Origin: Octopus sinensis | Lineage: Eukaryota | Reading direction: 5' to 3' | DNA: 64,000 bases | Assembly (NCBI RefSeq): GCF_006345805.1 | Contig: NC_043014.1 | Location: 8,432,001-8,496,000, forward strand | Part shown: piece by piece, positions 38,290 to 49,235 of the stretch | How positions within the stretch are numbered: the first letter of the stretch is position 1 | Layout of the letters: every line of letters begins with the position of its first letter | The notes under the pieces: model-generated | Told to the model about the DNA's origin: nothing | The model's input: the letters and a program-made list of their open reading frames with translations, nothing else | Database searches by the model: none | Position numbers and translations under genes: made by a program

Positions 38290-39993
38290 GTACCATCCGT
38301 TCGTGGCCATTGCCAGCCTCGCCTGACCCCCGTGCTGGTGGCACGTAAAAGCACCATCCATTCGTGGCTGTTGCCAGCCTCGCCTGGCACCTGTGCGGGT
38401 GACACGTAAAAAGCACCCACTACACTCACGGAGTGGTTGGCGTTAGGAAGGGCATCCAGCCGTAGAAACACTGCCAGATCAGACTGGGCCTGATGCAGCC
38501 TTCTGGCTTCACAGACCCCAGTTGAACCGTCCAACCCATGCTAGCATGGAAAACGGACATTAAATGATGATGACGATGATGATGATTATTCTTTCCCAGT
38601 GATTAGTCTTAAACAACTACAAACCTGATCTCATTGTCTTTCAATCTTTATTTCAACTGTCTTCATACTTATCAGTCATGCTGTTTCTCGTGTGCTTAAT
38701 ATCTATAGATCTTCAGTAGAATCATTAAACATACAACAAAACCAATATTCAAAGCATTAAACTTTTAAAAGTGTAATATGTCCAGCCTATGAAAATTGGT
38801 CAGCAAGTACATCAACATCAAAATAATATCAAATGGAAATTGTAGTTGTGATACCTGTGCCAGTGGCACGTATAAAGCACCATCTGAACGTGTCTGATGC
38901 CAGCGCCGCCTTGACTGGCTTCTGTGCTGGTGGCACGTAAAAAGCACCAACCGATCGTGGCCGCTGCCAGCCACCCCTGGCACCTGTGCCGGTGGCATGT
39001 AAAAAGCACCATCTGAACGTGTCTGATGCCAGCGCCGCCTTGACTGGCTTCTGTGCCGGTGGCACGTAAAAAGCACCAACCGATCGTGGCCACTGCCAGC
39101 CTCCCCTGGCACGTAAAAAGCACCCACTACACTCACGGAGTGGTTGGCGTTAGGAAGGGCATCCAGCCGTAGAAACACTGCCAGATCAGACTGGGCCTGA
39201 TGCAGCCTTCTGGCTTCACAGACCCCAGTTGAACCGTCCAACCCATGCTAGCATGGAAAACGGACATTAAATGATGGTGACGATGATGATGATTATTCTT
39301 TCCCAGTGATTAGTCTTAAACAACTACAAACCTGATCTCATTGTCTTTCAATCTTTATTTCAACTGTCTTCATACTTATCAGTCATGCTGTTTCTCGTGT
39401 GCTTAATATCTATAGATCTTCAGTAGAATCATTAAACATACAACAAAACCAATATTCAAAGCATTAAACTTTTAAAAGTGTAATATGTCCAGCCTATGAA
39501 AATTGGTCAGCAAGTACATCAACATCAAAATAAATATCAAATGGAAATTGTAGTTGTGATACCTGTGCCAGTGGCACGTATAAAGCACCATCTGAACGTG
39601 TCTGATGCCAGCGCCGCCTTGACTGGCTTCTGTGCTGGTGGCACGTAAAAAGCACCAACCGATCGTGGCCGCTGCCAGCCTCCCCTGGCACCTGTGCCGG
39701 TGGCATGTAAAAAGCACCATCTGAACGTGTCTGATGCCAGCGCCGCCTTGACTGGCTTCTGTGCCGGTGGCACGTAAAAAGCACCAACCGATCGTGGCCA
39801 CTGCCAGCCTCCCCTGGCACGTAAAAAGCACCCACTACACTCACGGAGTGGTTGGCTTTAGGAAGGGCATCCAGCTATAGAAACACTGCCAGATCAGACT
39901 GGAGCCTGGTGCAGCCTCCTGGCTTCCCAGACCCCGGTCAAACCGTCCAACCCGTGCTGGCACGGAAAACGGACGTTAAACGATGATGATGAT
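38290..39993 (+). repeat. Three family C elements separated by two copies of one unique spacer (707-bp tandem duplication)
   Basis: 38403-39109 is almost identical to 39110-39817. Confidence 0.92.
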
Positions 39994-40315
39994 ATAACTT
40001 TTGACAGGTATATTTGAGTAGATATGTCAAACAGATATATTGAAATATAGAAGACTTATAAAGGATACAGTGAAGTGCAGTAGACTTCTAACAGATATGG
40101 CAGAGCATTAGTGAATTTGCTGTAAATATGTGAAATGCAAAATTCCGATGCATGATAGTATAATCCATTATAGGATAATAAAAGAAAGGTAAATGTAAAT
40201 ATATATGTATATTTTAAACAGATAATATGATGGGAAGCAAAAGGAACATTCTATAAACGAATGTTTTTAATAGGCCAAAAGAACTGATTTTTAAGTGAAA
40301 CGGTTACTTTTATTA

Positions 40316-40715
40316 TCTTTATATATAAAAGAGAGGTTGTGTGCTGTCTGTCTCCTACGATTTAGATTCCTAACTACTCCCACATTTTGCGGTGCAGTTT
40401 AACCAAAACCGGGTATCTTATAGTCGTGGTTCATATTGAGCCCTTCTGGGTATTAACGCGTGTCTACGATGAGTCTAGGATTTTAAAAAAATTTACCATC
40501 ATTTTTTTCCATTTTAATGCATTTTTTCGCTATTATATAAGGGAAGTAACTCTCTAAAAATGTCTACGATGAGTCAACGATTTTTAAAAAAAATTTACCA
40601 TCATTTTTTTTCCATTTTTAATGCATTTTTTTGCTATTTTTTGGCTATAACTCTCTAAAAATGCTTTTTAGTTATTTCCCTTACAAACCCAAGCAACGCC
40701 GGGCGATACTGCTAG
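40316..40715 (+). mobile_element. Non-autonomous Helitron
   Basis: A|TCTTTATATATAAAAG ... CCCAAGCAACGCCGGGCGATACTGCTAG|T. Confidence 0.85.
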
Positions 40716-41245
40716 TTATTATTATTAGAGCTTCAAGCAAAATGCCTTCAGATATTTGTTCTGCCTCTTTAAGTTCTTTTTTCAAATCCAACCAAGCACA
40801 GCTTTGAGTTTTGGCTTTTCTGAGATGATTACATAAAGTACTGGGGGTTGATTTAATCAGCCTACACCTCCCCACTCCCAAACATCTTTGCCTGTTTTAG
40901 AAAATTTTATTACTTTTATGAAGATTATCAATGTGAAATTATATATTCAGCATGAGCAACAATCTTCAGATTGCACTTTGACAACATATCACTTGCTGGG
41001 TAGCAATAGTACTCAATACACTACAGAACACCAGCCATTTCCTTCCTTCCTCATATAAGACACCTCCGTTATGTAATCTAAATTTTTAACTGTGCTATTT
41101 TTATCTCTAAAAGATAATTGATCAGTTTCTTAGCAATACAGGTGAAGGCTGTAACTATTTCACAGACACACACTTGGCCAATAAATTAAGATGCTTTACT
41201 TCAGAATGATGCTTGCACTTCCAAAAAATAGCAAAATATATTTAA

Positions 41246-41466
41246 CCCTTTAGTGTTTAAACCGGCCAAATCCAGCCCAATATATTCTACATGTTTTATA
41301 TTCAAACTGGCGATATCTAGCCTCTCACTCCTAACCTACAATGCCATTCTGAAAATAAACAATCACATCATTGAAATCTCAAAGCTATAAGATAATGCAT
41401 GATTAATTCAAAACAATTTGAGTGAAAAATTATTACATTTAACAGAGTATTCTGAACACTAAAGGG
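41246..41466. mobile_element. piggyBac-type MITE (inverted relative to 18167-18387)
   Basis: TTAA|CCCTTTAGTGTT ... AACACTAAAGGG|TTAA. Confidence 0.8.
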
Positions 41467-42630
41467 TTAAGCACCTAATCTAAGAGAAATGAAATGACCA
41501 GCACTCTATACTATAATCAGTAAAACAGAACTCTGTAAGTAGTAGATATAGAGTTCAAATCTGTCTGGGCTTGTCTGAGATTATTGCTTATAATAGCTAA
41601 ATATCATATTGTTTAATATGAAGTGCAGTGCTGATGGCTTTCGCAAACTTTATCAGATTTGTAAGACTGATGTAGTTGATAGCCAGATGAAATGTTTCTT
41701 CAGTTGATGTCTGTTGGGAAAATCTGAACTAGGTGAGAGAGCTAGCAGGTTATAGTTCTGACTGGGAATGATTGCACAATCTTTGCAGTAGGACTTTGCG
41801 ATATCAGACTCAATAAACATTATGAAAGGGGGATTGATATGTGCATCAAGTATTACCAACTAAAGCTGTCATCAATTTGTCAATTCAATGGAGAGAAACT
41901 ATTTTAGTAATTGTAAAAGAGGCAGAAATAGAACTCAGCACATCTGATCTGCCGACCACCTATGTTTTTTGTGTTAGTGAATGAGTTTTTGTCAAATAGT
42001 CAGATGGTCTTCGTGTAAACTTACTGATGTGTGCTTGTGTGTGTTGCAACCGCACCAGACCTGCTTTGGGAACAGTATTCTTATCAGGGTCATATGTCAA
42101 GTTTTGTGGAAGTCACCAGAGCTAAAATTTTTCAGGCCCTGAAGAAAAAGTCTTAAACTTTTACAAAACATGTTAATCATAGGAAATTTGTGGCTTGAGT
42201 AAGTCACACTACTTTCAGAAAAATATTATACTTATTTCGTTAAATTACTGATGTGTCAGTAGTGTTTGTTTTCCATATTAAATTTTGCTATTGATTACTT
42301 CCATAGATTTTTATTGGCACAGCATTTATAAACCAATTAATTTTATTAGATACATTTGAAAGTCATAAACTAATTGCCAAAAAGCGTTTGATTATAATGG
42401 CTTTAAATACAGTTTTACATGTCACTTCAGAGTAGAAAATCTAATTGCACATTTAAACTGTAGTCTAGTCATCATTGTTTTTCTGCACATGATGAAATTG
42501 TAAAAACACAACAGTGGTTTGAATTTCTTTACAAATAAATTTAATTAGTCTGTGAAAGTAATGATAGGTAAAAATTTATGAATTTACCCATCATAAAGTT
42601 ACTATGTGTGTTTGTGTGTGTGTGTGTGTG

Positions 42631-42661
<31 letters not shown>

Positions 42662-42871
42662 TAATAAAAAAAAATGAAGAAAAAACACAAGAAAAAAAAA
42701 CAAGCATGTGAGGACATGGTACATGCAAAGTATTAGCAGACACTCGGGGAAGGAAAGAAAGGCAGTTTTATGTTTCAAGCAAAGCTCTTCTTCAGAAACA
42801 AGAGACAGAGTAAAAGAAGACAGAGAAAAAAAATCGCCAATGATCCACGTATATATATATATATATATATA

Positions 42872-43244
42872 CTAGCAGATTGACCCGGCTTTGCTCGGGT
42901 GGATAGAAATTTGATGAATAACTTGTTTAAGCGTTAATTTTGACGAAATTGCATTCCATTTTATCCATACTTTTGGAAAAATCAAAACAAAGATATTGTC
43001 CGCAACAACGCATATTTTTATGAATTTGAAACCGAGCAAAAAATGCAATTAAATTATGGTAAATTTTTTTATCATCGTAGACTCATTGTAGACGCGCGCT
43101 AATACCCAGAAGGGCTCGATATGAATCACAACTATAAGATACCCACTTTTGGTTAAACTGCACCGCAAAATGTGGGAGTAGTTAGGAATCTAAATCGGAG
43201 GAGACAGACTCTCACACACACAACTTCAGTTTTATATATAAAGA
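42872..43244 (-). mobile_element. Non-autonomous Helitron with an alternative 3' half
   Basis: 5' ~190 bp shared with 40316-40715; different 3' half ending in hairpin ACCCGAGCAAAGCCGGGT + CTAG|T. Confidence 0.8.
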
Positions 43245-43320
43245 TATATTCAAGGAAGTTAAAACGTCATAGCTGTTCATAGAATGACTATTATTTTTGC
43301 ACCTGTATAGCACTTAAACA

Positions 43321-43422
43321 GTATAGGTGACTCGTCAGACTCAAATGACTGAAGGTGTGTAACCTCCAGCTGTAGAGATATTATATGCCTTTGACCATTT
43401 GAGTCTGATGATTTGCCTATAC
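43321..43422 (+). ncRNA. Candidate structured hairpin RNA (pre-miRNA-like or long dsRNA stem) in NSF intron 1
   Basis: 42-bp gap-free stem (31 Watson-Crick, 8 G:U, 3 mismatches on the + strand) and 18-nt loop. No expression evidence. Confidence 0.4.
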
Positions 43423-43566
43423 CACTAAGCAATTTATAGGTGTGAAATCAATGGTCACTCTATGACCAGCCATAACATTTAACTTCCTAGAAAATTTTTT
43501 ACTGTTCTGTTGCTTTAGAGTGTGCTTCCTTTATTGGATATATGAACTACTGATGTTATATATATA

Positions 43567-43731
43567 GGCGCAGAAGTGGCTGTGTGGTAAGTAGCTTGCT
43601 AACCAACCACATGGTTCCGGGTTCAGTTCCACTGCGTGGCATCTTGGGCAAGTGTCTTCTGCTATAGCCCCAGGCCAACCAATGCCTTGTGAGTGGATTT
43701 GGTAGACGGAAACTGAAAGAAGCCCGTCGTA

Positions 43732-43764
<33 letters not shown>

Positions 43765-43988
43765 GCGTGTGTGTGTTTGTGTGTCTGTGTTTGTCCCCCT
43801 AGCATTGCTTGACAACCGATGCTGGTGTGTTTATGTCCCCGTTACTTAGCAGTTCAGCAAAAGAGACTGATAGAATAAGTACTGGGCTTACAAAGAATAA
43901 GTCCCGGGGTCGAGTTGCTCGATTAAAGGCGGTGCTCCAGCATGGCCGCAGTCAAATGACAGAAACAAGTAAAAGAGAGAGTAAGAGT
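43567..43988 (+). mobile_element. SINE family A, full length
   Basis: Matches family consensus. Confidence 0.9.
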
Positions 43989-44339
43989 ATATATATATAT
44001 ATATTGTAATGGGCCTCACGGATGTGATGACAAGTGATAGCAACCTTTGACAATATGCTAACCCTAACCCTAAACCCTAATCAAGCTATGTGAAATTGTA
44101 GTCATGGCCAATGCTGGTGACATGAAAAAGCACCCATTACACTCTTGGAGTGGTTGGCATTAGGAATGGTACCCAACCATAGAAACCATGCCAGATCAGG
44201 CCGAAACCAGGTGTAGCTCTCTGGCTTACCAATTCCAGTCGAACCATCTAACCCATGCCAGCATAGAAAGCAGATGCTAGATGATGGTGGTGGTGGTGGT
44301 GGTGGTGGTGGTGGTGAAGAATAAAAAAACCTGCTTTAG

Positions 44340-44743
44340 TGAATCGAAAAGGAGTGACGTTTCATCTGGACAATGCATGACCCCACACTGCAAAGATCAC
44401 ATCACAGGAGATCAAAGAGCTTGGTTGGGAAAAAATTCCCCATCCACCTTATTCTCCCGAGCTTGCTCTTTCAGACTACCATTTGTTTCATAGTTTACAG
44501 AATCATTTGGGAGAGATAAATTCCGCAAGCGAGGAGGAGGTCGAAACTGACATTTCAGAGTTCTTCGCTTTGAAAACCAAAAGAGTTTTACATTGATGGG
44601 ATCAAAAAGCTTGTAAATAGATGGAAGGAAGTCATAGATAATCAGGGAAAGGACATTGATGATTAAATTTCAATTAAATATAACAGTTGATCACTTGTTT
44701 TCCTTATTCAAAATTCGGACAGAACTTATGGGATGACCTGATA
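44340..44743 (+). mobile_element. mariner transposase 3' relic with right TIR
   Basis: DNA*PHTAKIT..LGWEKIPHPPYSPELALSDYHLFHSLQNHL..FYIDGIKKLVNRWKEVIDNQG; ends ...GGGATGACCTGA|TA. Confidence 0.85.
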
Positions 44744-44895
44744 ATTCATTGTTGTAAGCAGAAGCAATGACAGCCCGGTAGGTTGTTGACTTGTTGAGCC
44801 GAGTTCAATATTCCTTACATGAGAAGCCATCAGCCGCAGTCCAATTTCCTATTTTGGGAGAGGTGTATCTCTCATCTGCTTTTTTTTTTTTTTTG

Positions 44896-45093
44896 ACTTG
44901 TTTCAGTCATTTGACTGCGGCCATGCTGGAGCACCGCCTTTAGTCGAACAAATCGACCCCGGGACTTATTCTTTGTAAGCCCAGTACCTATTCTATCGGT
45001 CTCTTTTGCCGAACTGCTAAGTGACGGCGACGTAAACACACCAGCATCGTTTGTCAAGCAATGCTAGGGGGACAAACACATTCACACAAACAT

Positions 45094-45148
<55 letters not shown>

Positions 45149-45310
45149 TACGACGGGCTTCTTTCAGTTTCCGTCTACCAAATCCACTCACAAGGCTTTG
45201 GTCGGCCCGAGGCTATAGTAGAAGACACTTGCCCAAGATGCCACGCAGTGGGACTGAACCCGGAACCATGTGGTTGATAAGCAAGCTACTTACCACACAG
45301 CCACTCCTGC
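44896..45310 (-). mobile_element. SINE family A
   Basis: Matches family consensus. Confidence 0.9.
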
Positions 45311-45410
45311 ACCTAATTTAATTCACATTGTAAATGGTAAATTTTTAGGCTTCTGCATGGCTTTCATCTACCAAAATTCCACTCACAAGATATTTTTTTA
45401 AAAAGACTTA

Positions 45411-45733
45411 AAGACTCCGCCGGTTACGACGACGAGGGTCCCAGCTGATACGATCAACGGAACAGCTTGCTCGTGAAATTAACGTGCAAATGGCTGAGCA
45501 TTCCACAGACACGTGTACCCTTAACGTAGTTCTCGGGGATAATCAGCGTGACACAGAGAGTGACAAGGCTGACCCTTTGAAATACAAGTACAACTCATTT
45601 TTGCCAGCTGAGTGGACTGGAGCAACGTGAAATAAAGTGTCTTGCTCAAGGACACAACGCGTCGCCGGGAATCGAACTCACAACCTTACGATCATGAGCC
45701 GAATGCCCTAACCACTAAGCCACGCGCCCTCAC
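45411..45733 (-). mobile_element. tRNA-headed SINE (family D2) with CORE-like middle, 11-bp TSD
   Basis: Minus-strand GTGGCTTAGTGGTTAGG..GAGTTCGATTCCC, then TGTGTCCTTGAGCAAGACACTT (CORE-like). TSD CACAAGATATT at 45384-45394 and 45734-45744. Confidence 0.85.
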
Positions 45734-46092
45734 CACAAGATATTAGTCTAATAAAGACTGTGGCAGAAGGAAATTTATTGCTCTAATTGCTGTAAAAACT
45801 TCTAAACCACACAGCCATACTTAACACTACAAAAAGCCAGAGTTCTCCTCTAGCTTTATAGATCCCTGTAGTTTGAGAAAAATGAATAATTAAGGTATTA
45901 AAAGTCAAGTTCCTGATCATCACGCAATTAAGCGAGAGCTTAATGTTTCTGAGAAGCACATATGAATGTGAGATATAATCCTTTATCACTAGTTTCAGCT
46001 TAGTTAACACTTTTAGCAACAGGATTTGACGGGGATAAGAGGATATTTGAAGCCTTATATCTCTTTAATTATTTAACTATTATTAATACTTC

Positions 46093-46164
46093 CACCACCA
46101 CCACCACCACCACCACCACCACCACCAATAATGTTACTTTTGCTGCTGCTGCTGCTGTTGTTGT

Positions 46165-46198
<34 letters not shown>

Positions 46199-46270
46199 GC
46201 TGCTGCTACTACTACTACTACTACTACTACTACTATTACTACTACTACTACTACAACTGCTGCTGCTGCG

Positions 46271-46303
<33 letters not shown>

Positions 46304-46315
46304 GCTGCTGCTGCG

Positions 46316-46350
<35 letters not shown>

Positions 46351-46366
46351 AACTGCTGCTGCTGCG

Positions 46367-46397
<31 letters not shown>

Positions 46398-46432
46398 GCA
46401 CTGCCACTACTACCATTGCTGCTGTTGTTACT
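46093..46432. repeat. Compound trinucleotide tract (CAC)n/(CTG)n/(CTA)n
   Basis: Read directly from the sequence. Confidence 0.95.
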
Positions 46433-46670
46433 GCTACCTTTTGTGTGAGGGCCAAGTTCTTGGAAAGCCCAGTTTGACAGGTGGCTTTTATTCTCATATC
46501 TTATGAGACGTCTCTTAGTCCCAAATTCCATACCCTGGTGCTTTTAAATTTTAATGTGCTTAATTACTTCATTATCATTAATGGTACTTGTTTAATTAAC
46601 CTCAGATGTTTGTGTTAATTTTGAATCTATGTTATGCTTCAGTGTTGATATTGGTTTGATGGTGGTATTG

Positions 46671-47611
46671 TGAGCTGGCGAAATGCGTAGCTGTATTTCG
46701 TGTGCCGTTACGTTCTGAGTTCAAATTCCGCCGAGGTCGACTTTACCTTTCATCCTTTCGGGGTCGATTAAACAAGTACCAGTTATGCACAGGGGTCGAT
46801 ATAATCGACTCAATCCTTTTGTCTGTCCTTGTTTGTCCTCTCTGTGTTTAGCCCCTTGTGGGTAGTAAAGAAATAGGTATTTCGTGTGCTGTTACGTTCT
46901 GAGTTCAAATTCCGCCGAGGTCGACTTTGCCTTTCATCCTTTCGGGGTCGATTAAACAAGTACCAGTTACGCACTGGGGTCGATATAATCAACTCAATCC
47001 ATTTGTCTGTCCTTGTTTGTCCTCTCTGTGTTTAGCCCCTTGTGGGTAGTAAAGAAATAGGTATTTCGTCTGCAGTTACGTTCTGAGTTCAAATTCCGCC
47101 GAGGTCGACTTTGCCTTTCATCCTTTCGGGGTCGATAAATTAAGTACCAGTTATGCACTGGCGTCGATATAATCGACTCAATCCATTTGTCTGTCCTTGT
47201 TTGTCCTCTCTGTATTTAGCCCCTTGTGGGCAGTAAGGAAATAGGTATTTCGTCTGTCGCTACGTTCTGAGTTCAAATTCCGCCGAGATCGACTTTGCCT
47301 TTCATCCTTTCGGGGTCGATTAAACAAGTACCAGTTAGGCACTGGGGTCGATATAATCAACTCAATCCATTTGTCTGTCCTTGTTTGTCCTCTCTGTGTT
47401 TAGCCCCTTGTGGGTAGTAAAGAAATAGGTATTTCGTCTGCAGTTACATTCTGAGTTCAAATTCCGCCGAGATCGACTTTGCCTTTCATCCTTTCGGGGT
47501 CGATTAAACAAGTACCAGTTAGGCACTGGGGTCGATATAATCAACTCAATCCATTTGTCTGTCCTTGTTTGTCCCTTCTGTGTTTAGCCCCTTGTGGGTA
47601 GTAAAGAAACA
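46671..47611 (+). mobile_element. SINE family B pentamer (short head + 5 x 184-bp units)
   Basis: Units start at 46692, 46876, 47060, 47244, 47428; GGTATTG at 46664-46670 and 47612-47618. Confidence 0.92.
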
Positions 47612-47805
47612 GGTATTGCTTTTATGTTGATTTTGGGTCTTGTATCTATGTTGATCTTGGCTACTTTCTATAACAGTCTTCTCAGTTTTCCCGCCTGATC
47701 TGACCTTTAATCACTGAATCAATATTAATTTTATTTTCCTGGTAAACTATTTTCATTTTAAATGCATTTTTTTCATATTTATCTTTTGTTTTTTGTTCAT
47801 TACAG

Positions 47806-47900
47806 CCATATATCATTGACAAGTGCCCGGGGAGTGAACTCACTTTCACAAATTGTGCTATCTTCAGTACTGTTGACGATTTTATAACCAAGTCAATCAA
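47806..47900 (+). CDS. NSF: NSF-like gene, coding exon 2 (PYIIDKCPGSELTFTNCAIFSTVDDFITKSI)
   Basis: T-rich tract + tacag acceptor, AA|gtaagt donor. Aligns by eye with NSF [24 protein letters not shown]. 95 nt, phase 0 to 2. Confidence 0.88.
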
Positions 47901-48526
47901 GTAAGTGTTAAGTAATCGTTTCTTCTTTCATTAAGCCATCAGATATTAAAGAACCAAGTCAATATTACTATTTTTAAAGGTGGTGCACTGGCAAAATTGT
48001 TAGCATGCCAAGCAAAGTACTTAGTGGTATTTCATCTATCTTCATGTTCTGTGTTCAAATTCTACTGAGGTCAACTTTGCTTTTCATCCTTTTGGGGTTG
48101 ATAAAATAAGCACCAGTTGAGCACTGGAGTCAATGTTATAAACTTGTCCCCAACCCCCGAATTTGCTGGTCCTGTGCCAAAATTTGAAATTAATATTCAT
48201 TTAATTTCTATGATCAAAGTACCAGTTATGTACTGGGGCCTATCTGTGGAGTTTAGATTCTCTTCTTGCTGCACCCATAATAGAGTTGAACTCAGCATTA
48301 CAAGTGAAGCAACCACTTGGGATGAAGCTATCTACAGCAGCAAGGTGTCTCTAATTTTTGTGATCTATTGTTGGCTAGATTGGCCGGATCACTTGAAAGT
48401 CAAGTGTCTTGGCTATGGACTCAGTACAATACTGGTGATATCATAATCATTGTCATTTATCACTCAACTTCCATGTAAACTCAGTTGTTTGCTATTGACT
48501 CTGACAACATAGCTCTCTTTGTAATC

Positions 48527-48905
48527 GTCATCATCGTTTAACGTCCGCTTTCCATGCTAGCATGGGTTGGACGGTTCAACTGGGGTCTGGGAAGCCCGAA
48601 GGTTGCACCAAGCCAGTCAGATCTGGCAGTGTTTCTACAGCTGGATGCCCTTCCTAGCGCCAACCACTCCGTGAGTGTAGTGGGTGCTTTTTATGTGCCA
48701 CCGACACAGGTGCCAGATGAGGCTGGCGAACGGCCACGCTCGGATGGTGCTTTTTACATGTCACCGGCACGGAGGCCAGGCCAGGCTGGCAACGGCCACG
48801 ATCGGATGGTGTTTGTTACGTGCCACCAGCACGGAGGCCAGTCGATGCAGTGCTGGCTACGGCCACGTTCGGATGGTTCTCTTATGTGCCACCGGCACTG
48901 GTACC
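48527..48905 (-). mobile_element. Family C retroposon
   Basis: Matches family consensus. Confidence 0.85.
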
Positions 48906-49235
48906 ACAACTACTAATTCCATTGATGTTGATCGATTTTGATTTTGATTTGATTGTTTGATTTTTGTCTTAATTTTAAAGGTGCAGGCATAGCTGTGTAG
49001 ATTCATTACCACTATGTGGCACCTTTGACAAATATCTTCTGCTGTAGCATCAGGTTGACCAATGCTTTATGATTCAAATTTGGGAGACATAAACAGCATG
49101 GAAGCCTGTCATCATTGTCATTTTTAATATCTACTTTTTCATGCTTGCATAGGTCAAATAGAATTTATTGAAGCAAATTTCCATGACTGGGTGCCTTTCC
49201 TATCACTAACCTTCATCTGTTTTCTTTGTAAGATA

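Noticed and set aside
44058-44080. (CCCTAA)-type telomeric repeat
   Set aside because: Only ~3 imperfect units; too short to call an interstitial telomere.
45660-45733. tRNA genes (also 19020-19094, 54385-54458, 60985-61051 and SINE-A heads)
   Set aside because: They have A/B-box-like motifs but lack a complete acceptor stem and continue into SINE bodies with TSDs, so they are tRNA-derived heads.
46069-46531. Poly-Ser, poly-Val and poly-Leu ORFs
   Set aside because: They are stop-free frames of a triplet repeat with no splice or homology support.
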